A DNA stretch of 64,000 nt from Candidatus Uhrbacteria bacterium (GTDB taxonomy: Bacteria > Patescibacteriota > Patescibacteriia > JACPHY01), in the NCBI GenBank assembly GCA_016188355.1, contig JACPHY010000016.1, positions 66,345 through 130,344 on the forward strand, in the 5' to 3' direction. The stretch's first letter is position 1; the number at the start of each line of letters is the position of its first letter. A program made the position numbers and the translations under genes. The notes beneath the pieces were generated by a model that was not told where the DNA came from, did no database searches, and worked only from the letters and a program-made list of their open reading frames with translations. Below, in pieces: positions 17,767 to 27,689 of this stretch.

Positions 17767-18939
17767 CTATGCGACCGAAGTGGTGGCGGGAAGCTCGAGC
17801 ACAGGCGCGGATCGCGAGAGGAAACGTTCGATCGTCGCGTCGATCGTGTGGGTATTGGTGCCGTCGTGTGATGACGCCGCGAGGGCGGCCTGGATGCCTG
17901 CGTGGAGCAGCGCGTCGTGTATTTGGCTGCCGAATTGTGCGGTGCGGTGGAGAATGGTTCCGGTGGATTGCTCGAGCGCAGCATGGAGACGCACCCCGAG
18001 TGCATCGTCGGCGGCCTCCACCCGTGCGAGGCGTTCGTATTGGACGATGTCCTCGATTTCTGGGGCGAGTCCCCGGATGTATGCGCGGCACTGCTCGTAG
18101 AACGTCCGTATTGCGGCGATCGATTGTTCGAGGCGCTGCCGTTTCTCTGCGAGGCTCTTACAGCGGAGCTCGGCGCGATCGTATGCCTCCGTCACCGCGC
18201 TCGGTGCGAGATCGCCGGCTGCTGCGGCGCGTGCGCGGAAGTGCGCGTGTACCTCTTCCGCAGTCGTGAGCTCCTGCTGGATGGTCGCGAGGAGCCGTGT
18301 GAGTTCGCTGCCCTCGCCGACGAGATCCGCCTCTTCCTCGGCGACGATCCCGAGAAGCACCGAAGGGAGTGCGGCAACAGGGTTGCTGATGTCCTGGGGC
18401 GGTGCATGTAATCGGCGATGGAGCTCCGCTCGCGTTGCGGCAATGACGCGCGGGATGCGGGGTTTCCCGTAGGAATGCAGAGCAACCCCCAGGCAGAGTG
18501 GCCAGAGTATGAGCAAGCACCCCACACCAAATCCACTTTCGACTGCGTCGTTTGATACTGATCGATGTAGTAAACGGTACAACTTGAAGAAGTTCCAGCT
18601 GGTCAAGCTCAGTAGGAGTCCGCCAGTTGAGAGGAGTGCCCATAGGGGAGGGTTTGCCAGGGCCGCGAAGGCAACGGTGGCCCACAATGCACTGCCGCCT
18701 ATGACGCCTCGTGACACGAGAGTTGCATCCTCGCGATCGACGGGTGCGCCGATTGCTCGGAGTTCCTGGAGGAACGGCGATCGTTCGGGTGGGTCCTTTT
18801 TTGCGCGCTGGAGCAGTACCGGCACGGATGATGACGGCGAGATGCGCGATGATCGTTTTGTCATGCAACCTCCTCGTTCCCGGGAGACGGGGTTTGGAAG
18901 GAACGACCGCACCGTAGCATGCACGTGCGGGTGCGTCAA
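17767..18939 (-). CDS. Hypothetical membrane / coiled-coil protein (start may be MTKRSS at 18864)
   Basis: Two TM helices then an Ala/Arg/Glu-rich helical region. A 4-nt ATGA overlap with the upstream gene suggests an operon. Confidence 0.5.
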   Translation of the reverse strand: MTHPHVHATVRSFLPNPVSRERGGCMTKRSSRISPSSSVPVLLQRAKKDPPERSPFLQELRAIGAPVDREDATLVSRGVIGGSALWATVAFAALANPPLWALLSTGGLLLSLTSWNFFKLYRLLHRSVSNDAVESGFGVGCLLILWPLCLGVALHSYGKPRIPRVIAATRAELHRRLHAPPQDISNPVAALPSVLLGIVAEEEADLVGEGSELTRLLATIQQELTTAEEVHAHFRARAAAAGDLAPSAVTEAYDRAELRCKSLAEKRQRLEQSIAAIRTFYEQCRAYIRGLAPEIEDIVQYERLARVEAADDALGVRLHAALEQSTGTILHRTAQFGSQIHDALLHAGIQAALAASSHDGTNTHTIDATIERFLSRSAPVLELPATTSVA

Positions 18940-21170
18940 TGGGATTCCGAAGGCTTCGGGGGGACAATGGCACTCACCGTATCGTCGTGGAGGATGTAGA
19001 GCGAGTCGCCATTTGGATGAGGGAGGATGCGGCGGAGTTCCCGGAGTGTGTCGGATTGGATTTGGCCGATGAGTTCACCGACTACGGAAATAGCAGCAAT
19101 GCGGCCATCGGTAGAATCCCCAACATAGATGGTGCCGCCATCCATTGATGCGGCAATGGTGGGTGCGGTATGGAGTGGAGGATCGACGTCGCCCAGGAGG
19201 CGTACCTCTTTCCGTCGACCGTTCACGTACTCGGTGAGCGTCCCATCGCCTGCGCCGATGATGGTGGCAGTTTTCGTCATCCACATGCTCGTTCGACTGG
19301 TGACCGAGGAGTTGGTCTGGGCGAGGACTGCTGTGCCACGTCCAAATCCCGCTGCGGTGCGTGCGTGGCTGGTGATGGTGCCGTTCGGATGGAGCAGCTG
19401 GAGACGTCCTCGCACCATGAACGCGTCGAGAATGATCGCGGGCGGCTGCTCGATGGTCACGGTGGTCGCGGCGCCGGTTTGGGTATCCACGGTCACCCCG
19501 TGCCCTTGGCGGTCGAGGAGCATCAGCCACCGATCATTGAGGGCCAACGTCCGGAATATGGTGAGGGAGGGTTTGGGGGTGATTGCGCGCACGGTCACGG
19601 CATTTGTTTTTGGTTGGAGGAGGGCAAATTGACCCCCATCCGCGGCAACGATAACCAATTGTTGCTTCAGGAGTGCGATATCGCCGAGTGGACCAATGGG
19701 TGGCGTATTTGCACTCGGGTAGATGGTGAGCGGAGTGGAGAGACGAGTGAGGAGCCGAGCACGATCGAGCGCGGCGCGAAGTTCGCGATCCAATACCGCT
19801 GCGCGTTCCCGACGAGCGCGGGTGCTCGTCGGGACGGTGGCGAGGTAGCCGATGGCGTCCTGGAGTGCGACGCGTGCGGTTGCGCGATCGCCAAAGAGGA
19901 GTCGTGCTTCTGCATTCGATCGCAAATCATCAATACGAGCGATCGTGGTGTTGTATGTTGCAATTTCCTGCTCGCCTAAGCGCCGGCGCCAGAGCGCAAT
20001 GGTTGAACCGCTAAAGAGTATAGCGAATATGCACGCGAGCAGGAGGAGTATGCGACTCGAGCGAGGGAGTGTGTGGTATCGTGTGCGAAGTGCTTGGGCA
20101 TGCGCATGCGCATGTCGGATGATCTGAGCAGGCGCGTAACGGGCAATGAGCGTGCGACGATCGGTCCGGAGGAGCCGGATGCCTTGCCGGGTGAGGAAGA
20201 TGGCGCTACGGGCAACGGTCACGCCAAAGATGCGTGCAGCGTCGAGGAGCATCGCGGTTCCACTGCGCAACGCGAGCCGAATGGTGCGCACCGCCAGTTG
20301 GAGTGCGGTGGTGCCTCGATGGGAGGATGTGCGTTTGGTGGCTGTGCGAAGACGGCGCGGGGTTCGCTGGAGGAGCGCGGCGAGCGTGATGTGTGTCTGA
20401 CGGAAATATTCGCGAAATGCGGGTCCGAGTTTCGGGGTGAGGAATCGTTCCGTGGATGCGGCTGTTTCGAGGAATGATTCCATGGATGCGTGCGAGTGCG
20501 GTGGCGTTGCGGGAGGATTCCCCTGGAGGAGAACCAGCGCGCCAAGTGCGGTGCGGATCGCCTCAGCGTGACGTCGGAGCGCATCGATGCCTTCCGGAAG
20601 GGGACGGTGCGCAAACATGGGGCGAAGCGTGGTGTCGGGAAGCGCAGTGGTCCCTGGGGGGGCGGTGACCAGGAGTACGTCATTGGTGTGGATGATGCCA
20701 TCCAGGACATGATCAAAGTGCAGTAGGGGTGTGGCGGGTTCGGACGTGGGTTCGGTGATGCGGGTGATGTGCAAGTGTGCGGCATCCCCACTGAGCACGC
20801 GCACGAGTATTGCGCCGGTGGCGGCACAGCTGATGCGGGTGGTGGCATCCTGATCCACTGCGATGCCGCACCACGCGGCGGTAATGGCGGGAAGTTTGGG
20901 CAGCGCGCGGAGCTCTCCATTGAGTCGTTGCACGAATGCGGTGAACCAATCAGCTGGAGTAGCCGCTTCCGTAGTTAGGGCGATATTCTCCATGACCACC
21001 GCAACGCGATCGAGCGGGGTGTGCTGGTGAGGATCGGGGACCGTTTCGGCATGAAGGACGGCAAGAAAGAGCGCAGGGTTCGGGTGGAATGCGCGGATGG
21101 CGACCCTCATGATGCTGCTGGTGGTGACGCGGTGCGCATCCGATCCGGAGAGCGCGATGGCATCGGGCAT
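18936..21170 (-). CDS. Large hypothetical membrane protein: cytoplasmic N-domain, central TM helix, extracytoplasmic beta-propeller-like C-domain
   Basis: Single strong TM (ILLLLACIFAILFSGSTIALW). C-terminal repeated DGG/NGT-containing strands. Start uncertain (MPDAIALSG at 21170 or up to 21263). Confidence 0.5.
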   Translation of the reverse strand: MPDAIALSGSDAHRVTTSSIMRVAIRAFHPNPALFLAVLHAETVPDPHQHTPLDRVAVVMENIALTTEAATPADWFTAFVQRLNGELRALPKLPAITAAWCGIAVDQDATTRISCAATGAILVRVLSGDAAHLHITRITEPTSEPATPLLHFDHVLDGIIHTNDVLLVTAPPGTTALPDTTLRPMFAHRPLPEGIDALRRHAEAIRTALGALVLLQGNPPATPPHSHASMESFLETAASTERFLTPKLGPAFREYFRQTHITLAALLQRTPRRLRTATKRTSSHRGTTALQLAVRTIRLALRSGTAMLLDAARIFGVTVARSAIFLTRQGIRLLRTDRRTLIARYAPAQIIRHAHAHAQALRTRYHTLPRSSRILLLLACIFAILFSGSTIALWRRRLGEQEIATYNTTIARIDDLRSNAEARLLFGDRATARVALQDAIGYLATVPTSTRARRERAAVLDRELRAALDRARLLTRLSTPLTIYPSANTPPIGPLGDIALLKQQLVIVAADGGQFALLQPKTNAVTVRAITPKPSLTIFRTLALNDRWLMLLDRQGHGVTVDTQTGAATTVTIEQPPAIILDAFMVRGRLQLLHPNGTITSHARTAAGFGRGTAVLAQTNSSVTSRTSMWMTKTATIIGAGDGTLTEYVNGRRKEVRLLGDVDPPLHTAPTIAASMDGGTIYVGDSTDGRIAAISVVGELIGQIQSDTLRELRRILPHPNGDSLYILHDDTVSAIVPPKPSESH

Positions 21171-21279
21171 ACCCAAGACGGTAGTGTGGCGGATCCTGTT
21201 TCTTGTTGGTTGTGTCTGACTAGTATACCGTGAGAAGGGAAAGTGTGGCGTTGTTCGATGCACGATTCATCTGACTTGC

Positions 21280-21897
21280 ATGCTCGAACACCTCTTTGGT
21301 TCACGAACGCGCGTCAAGTTGCTCCGGGTGTTTCTGGGAAACCCGGGTTCCTCGTATTTCGTTCGCGAGCTCGCACGAAAAGTGGGCGCGCAGATTCATG
21401 CCGTCCGAAGAGAGCTAGAGAATTTAGAGCGCCTTCGGATCATTCGTGGTGCCGCACAACCAGAGGCATCCGCTGCAGAGCTGCGTGCGCAGTTGCGAAA
21501 ATACTACACACTGGAAGAGAGTTTCTTTCTCGTCAATGAGCTCCGGGCGCTCGTTTTGAAGTCCCAGTTTCTCCTGGAAGAGGACTTTACCCGACGCGTG
21601 CGTCAGCTCGGAGAGATTCGATACTTCGTGCTTCTTGGGTCTTTTGTGGGGGCGACCGATGCCTCCGTCGATGTGTTTATCGTGGGGCGGTTGAATCGTA
21701 ATCGATTGGCGGAGTTGATGGCAGATTTTGAGCGTGAGTTGGGGAATCCGCTCAATTACGCGGTTCTCACTGATCGTGAGTTTGAATATCGTTGGAAGGT
21801 GGGTGATCGATTTCTGTATGGCATTCTCGACGGGAAAAAGGTCGTCGTCATTGACGAACTTACGCCTGCCGGACGGGAAACGCCCACTGCGGCGTGA
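21280..21897 (+). CDS. Winged-helix DNA-binding protein with C-terminal nucleotidyltransferase-like region
   Basis: MLEHLFGSRTRVKLLRVFLGNPGSSYFVRELARKVGAQIHAVRRELENLERLRII is a wHTH. The C-terminal part (…RYFVLLGSFVGATDASVDVFIVG…) resembles minimal nucleotidyltransferase folds. Confidence 0.55.
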   Translation: MLEHLFGSRTRVKLLRVFLGNPGSSYFVRELARKVGAQIHAVRRELENLERLRIIRGAAQPEASAAELRAQLRKYYTLEESFFLVNELRALVLKSQFLLEEDFTRRVRQLGEIRYFVLLGSFVGATDASVDVFIVGRLNRNRLAELMADFERELGNPLNYAVLTDREFEYRWKVGDRFLYGILDGKKVVVIDELTPAGRETPTAA

Positions 21898-22273
21898 GGG
21901 GTCCATATCCTGGAGCGTGGATCCCACCGGAGATCCGGCGGTGGTGACGCTTCGCGTGGGTGAGGAGATATGGTCTGCGGAGGTGTCGCTCCTGCATCGC
22001 GCACCTCCAGGAGCATTGCTGCGAACAATGCAAGTGCTCGCTCGCCGCGCTCGCATTCAGTTGTTGGACGCGCAGCGCATTGCGATCATTCCCGGACCAG
22101 GACGATTCAGCGTCCTACGGTCCGGAGTGGTATTGGCGAACGCACTGAGTTGGGCGAGTGGGGTGCAGTTGCAGAGTCATGGGCGATCAGTGCGCATCGT
22201 TCGACCGGAGTACGGACGGGAGCCGCATATACAAATTCCTCAGTCCGTCCGTGTGGATAACGAAATGCGTTGA
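21898..22273 (+). CDS. tsaB: TsaB/YeaZ-like protein, N-terminal half only (about 125 aa; start codon unclear, no in-frame ATG after the upstream stop)
   Basis: …IAIIPGPGRFSVLRSGVVLANALSWASGVQL matches the TsaB GPGSFTGLRIG…A…L…IPL region. Only about half the usual length. Confidence 0.45.
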
Positions 22274-22372
22274 GTGGTGGGCATGCGCTATACTGTGGAT
22301 GTCGTGATCCACAAAGGTCGCGCGCTGTGGGTATCAGCGCAGCAGGATTTGAGTAATTAATCGTACATCTAC

Positions 22373-23062
22373 ATGCCGCAATCCAGTGTGACCACGTGGG
22401 TTGACCTCCTCGTGGCATCCGTCCAGAATCTCTGGGCAACATTTTTTGAATTCGTTCCTCGTTTTCTGGGAGCGGTCATTGTCTTCGTGATTGGCTGGGT
22501 GATTGCGTCCGCATTGGGGAATGTCGCCCGTCGGGTGGTTGAGTTCACCCAAATCGATCGGGTCGTTGAAAAGCTCAATATCCACAAGGTGTTCGAGCGT
22601 GCGGATGTGGAGCTTTCCATCGCAAAACTCATCGGTTGGCTCGTGCGATGGTTCCTGATCGTCGCGTTTCTTATCGCGGCAGCAGATATTCTCGGCTGGC
22701 AGCAGGTGACCGAATTCCTGCGTGAGGTGGCGCTCTACATTCCGCAGGTGTTCGTTGCGGTGATCATCCTCGTTGCGGGAATGGTGGCAGCGGATTTCGT
22801 GCACCGAGTGGTTGCGAATGCGGTGCGAACGACTGGATTATTGAGCCCGCACTTTGTGGCCGGGGTAGCGAAGTGGGCCATTCTGGTGTTCAGTGTGCTG
22901 GTAGCGCTGGACCAGCTCGACATCGGACGGACGTTGCTGAACACCCTCGTGCAAGGATTCGTAGCGACCATCGCTATCGCCGCAGGACTCGCCTTTGGTC
23001 TGGGAGGAAAGGAGCATGCTGCAAAGTTTCTCGACCGTTTGCGAAAAGATTTGTCGGGTTAG
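22373..23062 (+). CDS. Small-conductance mechanosensitive channel-like / conserved-TM-helix-repeat membrane protein
   Basis: Repeated TM helix modules (…VIVFVIGWVIASALGNVARRVV… and …ILVAGMVAADFVHRVVANAV…) as in MscS-like TM_helix repeat proteins. Confidence 0.55.
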   Translation: MPQSSVTTWVDLLVASVQNLWATFFEFVPRFLGAVIVFVIGWVIASALGNVARRVVEFTQIDRVVEKLNIHKVFERADVELSIAKLIGWLVRWFLIVAFLIAAADILGWQQVTEFLREVALYIPQVFVAVIILVAGMVAADFVHRVVANAVRTTGLLSPHFVAGVAKWAILVFSVLVALDQLDIGRTLLNTLVQGFVATIAIAAGLAFGLGGKEHAAKFLDRLRKDLSG

Positions 23063-23121
23063 TGCGGTGCGGGGGTAGGAAGCGGGTGGGTTGCCCCCAC
23101 CCGCTTCCATTTTTTTGCAAA

Positions 23122-24684
23122 ATGCGGTACGGTACCGCTGCTTCCACGCGAATCGTCTTGGGTATGTTGCCATTGCCTACGACCACTGCATTGCGTCGCA
23201 CACGTATTTTTCGCGTATTTGAAATGATCCCAGGAGCGGTCCTGTGGTCGACGTTTCTCGTGGGACTGGTGCTTTCCTTCGTGCGCCCGCTCTGGGTGGT
23301 GCTCTTCATGGTCTGTTTTAGTTTTTACTGGCTGCTCCGAGTTATTTATTTTGTCGTGTACGTCTCGGTGGCATGGCGTCGATTTCGGAGAGAGTCGCAG
23401 CGCGATTGGTTCGCGCAGCTCCATGCGGAGGATGCGACGGACGCGTGGAAGCGGGTGCATCATCTCATTTTCCTGCCCACCGTACGGGAATCGACCGAAG
23501 TATTGCGGCAGACGTTCCGTGCGTTGGCCGCAAGCACGTACCCGAATGACCGATGTACGATTGTGCTGGCCGGAGAAGAGCGGGCGGGACGCGATGCATT
23601 CCTCGAGCGCGCACGTGTGATCCAGGAGGAGTTCGGCGGAATCTTTGATATCGTGGTGACCGTGCACCCGAGTGATTTGCCGGGTGAAGTGGTTGGCAAG
23701 GGATCGAATCTCCATTTCGCAGCGCAACAGGCGATTACGCATATGGATGCGCGTGGCATCCCCCACGAGAACATCATCGTGTCCGCGTTTGATGTGGATA
23801 CGGTCGTGCATCCACAGTACTTTGCCTGCCTCACGTGGACATTCCTCCATCATCCAGATCCCCTGCGGACGAGCTATCAACCAGTTGCGCTCTACAGCAA
23901 TAACATGTGGGAGTCGCCCGCATTTCTTCGTGTCGCGGCATTTGGGACGACATTTTGGCTGCTCACCGAACTCGTGCGTCCGGATCGGTTGTTCACATTC
24001 TCCTCTCATGCGATGCCGCTTCCCGCGCTTTTGGATGTGGGATTGTGGGAAAAGGATATCGTGACCGAGGATTCTCGCATTTTCCTCCAGGGTTTTATTC
24101 GGTACGGTGGTGCGTACACGGTGACCCCGTTGTTTGTTCCGGTTTCCATGCATACGGCGAAAGCGGAAACCCTTTGGGGGAGTGCGGTGAATCTCTACAA
24201 ACAGCAACGGCGATGGGCGTGGGGCGTGGAGCACTTCCCGTACATGTGCTGGCACTTTTTTCTCGGGTCGGGACGCGCGATTCCTTTGGGAAAAAAGGTG
24301 AAGTATTTGTGGAACTTGAGCGAGGGTATGTACTCTTGGGCATCCGCTCCGATTCTCCTGTTCCTGTTTAGTCGTCTCCCGCTCAGCGTGATTCATGGCA
24401 GTACTGCGGATGCGACGGTTCTCGCACAAACCGCTCCTTTCGTCTTGCAGTGGCTCCTCGGCATTGGCATGCTCGGCATTATGGTGTCTGCGCTCTTTTC
24501 GTTGCCCCTTATGCCGCCGCGGCCCGGAGCGCGTCATCCGTTGACGATACTGGGATTACTCCTGCAGTGGACGCTCCTGCCGGTGACCTTGCTGGTGTTC
24601 GGTGCGATTCCGGCGGTAGAGGCGCAGACGCGGTTGTTGCTTGGGAAGTATTTAGGTTTCTACGTCGCGGAAAAGAGTCGGTAA
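23122..24684 (+). CDS. Family 2 glycosyltransferase, membrane-embedded processive type (cellulose-synthase-like)
   Basis: Q(Q)xRW motif (YKQQRRWAWG). DxD-like SAFDVD. N- and C-terminal TM helices. Confidence 0.8.
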   Translation: MRYGTAASTRIVLGMLPLPTTTALRRTRIFRVFEMIPGAVLWSTFLVGLVLSFVRPLWVVLFMVCFSFYWLLRVIYFVVYVSVAWRRFRRESQRDWFAQLHAEDATDAWKRVHHLIFLPTVRESTEVLRQTFRALAASTYPNDRCTIVLAGEERAGRDAFLERARVIQEEFGGIFDIVVTVHPSDLPGEVVGKGSNLHFAAQQAITHMDARGIPHENIIVSAFDVDTVVHPQYFACLTWTFLHHPDPLRTSYQPVALYSNNMWESPAFLRVAAFGTTFWLLTELVRPDRLFTFSSHAMPLPALLDVGLWEKDIVTEDSRIFLQGFIRYGGAYTVTPLFVPVSMHTAKAETLWGSAVNLYKQQRRWAWGVEHFPYMCWHFFLGSGRAIPLGKKVKYLWNLSEGMYSWASAPILLFLFSRLPLSVIHGSTADATVLAQTAPFVLQWLLGIGMLGIMVSALFSLPLMPPRPGARHPLTILGLLLQWTLLPVTLLVFGAIPAVEAQTRLLLGKYLGFYVAEKSR

Positions 24685-24685
24685 T

Positions 24686-26662
24686 ATGACCGCGCATCGT
24701 ATTCGTTGGTATCACTTCGGCGGCCTCGTCCTCATGATCGCTTTTGTGTTGGCGGCGATCGTGTTCGTGCGCGCTACATCGGACATGGTGCAGGCACGGC
24801 GCGATGTTGCGCTCGTGCGCCAGACGCTGTCCCGCGCGGGTACCGAATGGCGGAATGAGGGAATGCGCGCGCTGCCGCGTATTGCCGAGGAACTTCGTGA
24901 TGCCGAAGATGCGATACAGCGCACGCACGCACTCCTCACGACGTATCGGCCCTTGGGGGTAGTGCCGCTCCTCGGGGAGGATGTGGTATTTGCGACACAG
25001 ATGACCACATCCGCCGCAACCATGATCACTGCGGCGCGACAAATGGTGGCAGTCGCACAGGACGGCGCCCTCCTTTTCGACCAATTTCGTGATCGATCAC
25101 CGCGTGATTTGACGCTCCGCGAGCGAACCTCCATTGCCTTTGCGCTGACCGGAGGCATCACGCGTATGCGTGTTGGGGTGACGGCGATTGCGCAGGAATT
25201 AGAGGCACTTTCGCGATTGCGGTGTCCGCGCTTCGCTGCTCGCGCGGTGACGTGTACTGCGTCGGGCATGTTGGATGTGGAGGGAGTATTCGGCTCCACG
25301 CTTCAAGAATTCCGCGGTATCGAACAGCGGGTCGCTGCTGCGTTGCGGAGTGCGGATGCGCTCGCATCGCTCGTCGGCGCTGCAGGCCCCACCGATGTGC
25401 TGGTGCTGCTGCAGAATAACACCGAACTTCGACCTTCCGGTGGTTTCTTGGGAACATACGGATTGATGACCGTCCATCATGGCGAAATCGTGCGCATGAT
25501 GACGGACGATGTGTATACGCTCGATCGTGCAGCAGCAGATCGCCTCCACATTGCACCGCCAGAACCATTTCGTCGGTACGGGATCGCGCCGTGGTGGTTC
25601 CTCCGTGATGCGAATTGGTCGCCCGACTTTTTCGTGTCCGCAACGCAGGTGCTGGATTTCTATCGTCGTGAGGGCGGTCCGGGGTCGCCGACGATCGTCA
25701 TTGGCATCACGCCCACCTTTGCGTCCGCGCTCCTGCGTATCGTGGGTCCCGTGACCATCCAGGGGGTACGATTCACCCCCGAGCACATTGCCGATGAACT
25801 CGATTTTCAGGTCGAAGTCGCATATGCGCGCAAGGGGATTCCCACGGCGCAGCGAAAAGCAATTATTGCGCCTCTCACCCAAACCGTCGTGGATCGATTG
25901 AGCGGGATTCCATTTCGATCCTGGGGTCCCGTTCTGGAGAGTGTGCGGACGGCGGTGCAGGAACGACATTTGGTGATTGCAGCGGTGCATCCGCAAATTC
26001 AGGAAGCACTGGATGCGGTGGACGTGACCGGCCGCGTGCGTCCGCTTCCGGTCGGCACGGATGGCCTTCTCGTCGTCGACGCAAATTTGGGGAGCCTGAA
26101 GACGGATCCGTTCGTGGAGCGTTCGTACCGATATTCCATCACACCGGCGGGGAGCGGGTATCGCGGTCGGCTGGATTTGCGCTACCGCAACACCGGGACG
26201 TTCACCTGGAAGACGAGTCGATATCGTACCTATGCGCGAATGTATTTGCCGCAGGGGACGCATATTCGAGAGGTGCGGGGGGCAATGCAGGGGGATCGGT
26301 CCGGCGCACCGGGCACTGTGGACCAATCTGAGGAATTCGACCGAATGGTCGTGGGTGCATTTCTCAGTGTGGAGCCGGGAACGGCACGAACGCTCACGAT
26401 CGAATTTGATCTCGCGCCAGCAATTGTGCAGCAGATTCGGTCTGGCCGATATACCCTTGTGGGGCAAAAGCAGCTCGGTACGATCGCGACGCCGTTGACG
26501 CTCGACCTCCGCTTCGGTACACCTGTGAGAGCGGCGAGTCCACCGGAAGTTCGTTCCGCCTGGGGAGATGATCGGTATGTACTGACGACCGATCTTCGCA
26601 TCGATCGTACGTGGAACGTACGGTTGGACTCGGCTACACTGCCATCGGCAGCATTGCCCTAA
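24686..26662 (+). CDS. DUF4012-domain protein (N-terminal TM anchor)
   Basis: LLQNNTELRPSGGFLGTYGLM is the hallmark DUF4012 motif. Starts 2 nt after the GT2 stop. Confidence 0.7.
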   Translation: MTAHRIRWYHFGGLVLMIAFVLAAIVFVRATSDMVQARRDVALVRQTLSRAGTEWRNEGMRALPRIAEELRDAEDAIQRTHALLTTYRPLGVVPLLGEDVVFATQMTTSAATMITAARQMVAVAQDGALLFDQFRDRSPRDLTLRERTSIAFALTGGITRMRVGVTAIAQELEALSRLRCPRFAARAVTCTASGMLDVEGVFGSTLQEFRGIEQRVAAALRSADALASLVGAAGPTDVLVLLQNNTELRPSGGFLGTYGLMTVHHGEIVRMMTDDVYTLDRAAADRLHIAPPEPFRRYGIAPWWFLRDANWSPDFFVSATQVLDFYRREGGPGSPTIVIGITPTFASALLRIVGPVTIQGVRFTPEHIADELDFQVEVAYARKGIPTAQRKAIIAPLTQTVVDRLSGIPFRSWGPVLESVRTAVQERHLVIAAVHPQIQEALDAVDVTGRVRPLPVGTDGLLVVDANLGSLKTDPFVERSYRYSITPAGSGYRGRLDLRYRNTGTFTWKTSRYRTYARMYLPQGTHIREVRGAMQGDRSGAPGTVDQSEEFDRMVVGAFLSVEPGTARTLTIEFDLAPAIVQQIRSGRYTLVGQKQLGTIATPLTLDLRFGTPVRAASPPEVRSAWGDDRYVLTTDLRIDRTWNVRLDSATLPSAALP

Positions 26663-26674
26663 CGACCACGCCCT

Positions 26675-27682
26675 GTGTTTTCTTCTAAGGTCGGCATCGA
26701 TCTCGGCACGACGAACGTGCTCGTCTACATACCGAAGCGGGGGATCGTCATTAACGAGCCCTCGGTGGTTGCGATTTCCGTACTCGATAAGAAGATTCTC
26801 GCGGTCGGGCGCGAGGCGAAAGAGATGCTCGGGCGGACCCCGGACACCATCATCGCGTCGCGTCCGTTGAAGGACGGGGTTATTGCTGATTATCGGACCA
26901 CGGAAACCATGATTCGATATTTCATCAATAAGGCGCTTGGTGGATTTCGCATCATTCGTCCGGAGGTCATGGTATCCGTCCCTGGGGGCATTACGTCCAC
27001 GGAACGTCGCGCGGTGATTGATGCGACGCTCGCCGCAGGCGCAAAGGCGGCATACATCATTAAGGAGCCGATCTGCGCAGCGATTGGAGCGGACATCCCG
27101 ATCGGAAGTGCATCGGGGCATATGATCGTCGGGATCGGCGGCGGAACGGCGGAGATCGCCGTGCTCGCCCTGGGCGGCATCGTGACTTCGCGTTCGGTTC
27201 GCATTGGGGGCAATCGATTGGATGCATCCATTCAGGAACACATTCGTCGTAAGTACAGCCTCGCCATCGGGGAGCGTACTGCGGAGGATATCAAAATCGG
27301 CGTCGGGTCGGCGCTCTATCTCGAGGACCGTCTGCAGATCGATGTGCGCGGGCGCGATATGATCAGTGGTCTGCCCAAGACTATTACGGTGAGTTCTGAT
27401 GATGTGACCGATGCCATTCAGGTTGATCTGCAGGGTATCATTGATGCGGTGAAGGAGGTGTTCCATGAGACGCCACCGGAACTCGCGGCAGATATTGTGG
27501 AGCGGGGGATCGTGATGTCGGGAGGAACTTCGCTGCTCCGCAATATCGATCAGCTGCTGAGTCGTGCCACTGGTGTGCCCACCCGTGTCGCCGATGATTC
27601 ATTGCTCTGCGTGGCAAAGGGGACGGGCATCGCGCTCGAGAATTTGGAGGTGTACAAGCGTGCGCTGATCGGTACACGCTGA
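26675..27682 (+). CDS. mreB: Rod shape-determining protein MreB
   Basis: VGIDLGTTNVLVY…, …DIGGGTAEIAV…, and …SGGTSLLRNIDQLL… are actin-fold signature segments. Confidence 0.9.
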   Translation: MFSSKVGIDLGTTNVLVYIPKRGIVINEPSVVAISVLDKKILAVGREAKEMLGRTPDTIIASRPLKDGVIADYRTTETMIRYFINKALGGFRIIRPEVMVSVPGGITSTERRAVIDATLAAGAKAAYIIKEPICAAIGADIPIGSASGHMIVGIGGGTAEIAVLALGGIVTSRSVRIGGNRLDASIQEHIRRKYSLAIGERTAEDIKIGVGSALYLEDRLQIDVRGRDMISGLPKTITVSSDDVTDAIQVDLQGIIDAVKEVFHETPPELAADIVERGIVMSGGTSLLRNIDQLLSRATGVPTRVADDSLLCVAKGTGIALENLEVYKRALIGTR

Positions 27683-27689
27683 AGACTGT

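Noticed and set aside
18936-21170. PP2C/SpoIIE-like phosphatase assignment for the N-terminal domain of the large membrane protein
   Set aside because: Only a vague pattern resemblance (…GIAVDQDATTRISCAATG…DVLLVTAPPG…). The conserved metal-binding Asp residues could not be aligned confidently.
25199-27466. 755-aa ORF on the minus strand
   Set aside because: Lies antisense to the well-supported DUF4012 and mreB genes. Arg/His/Cys-rich low-complexity translation typical of GC-rich antisense frames. No motifs.
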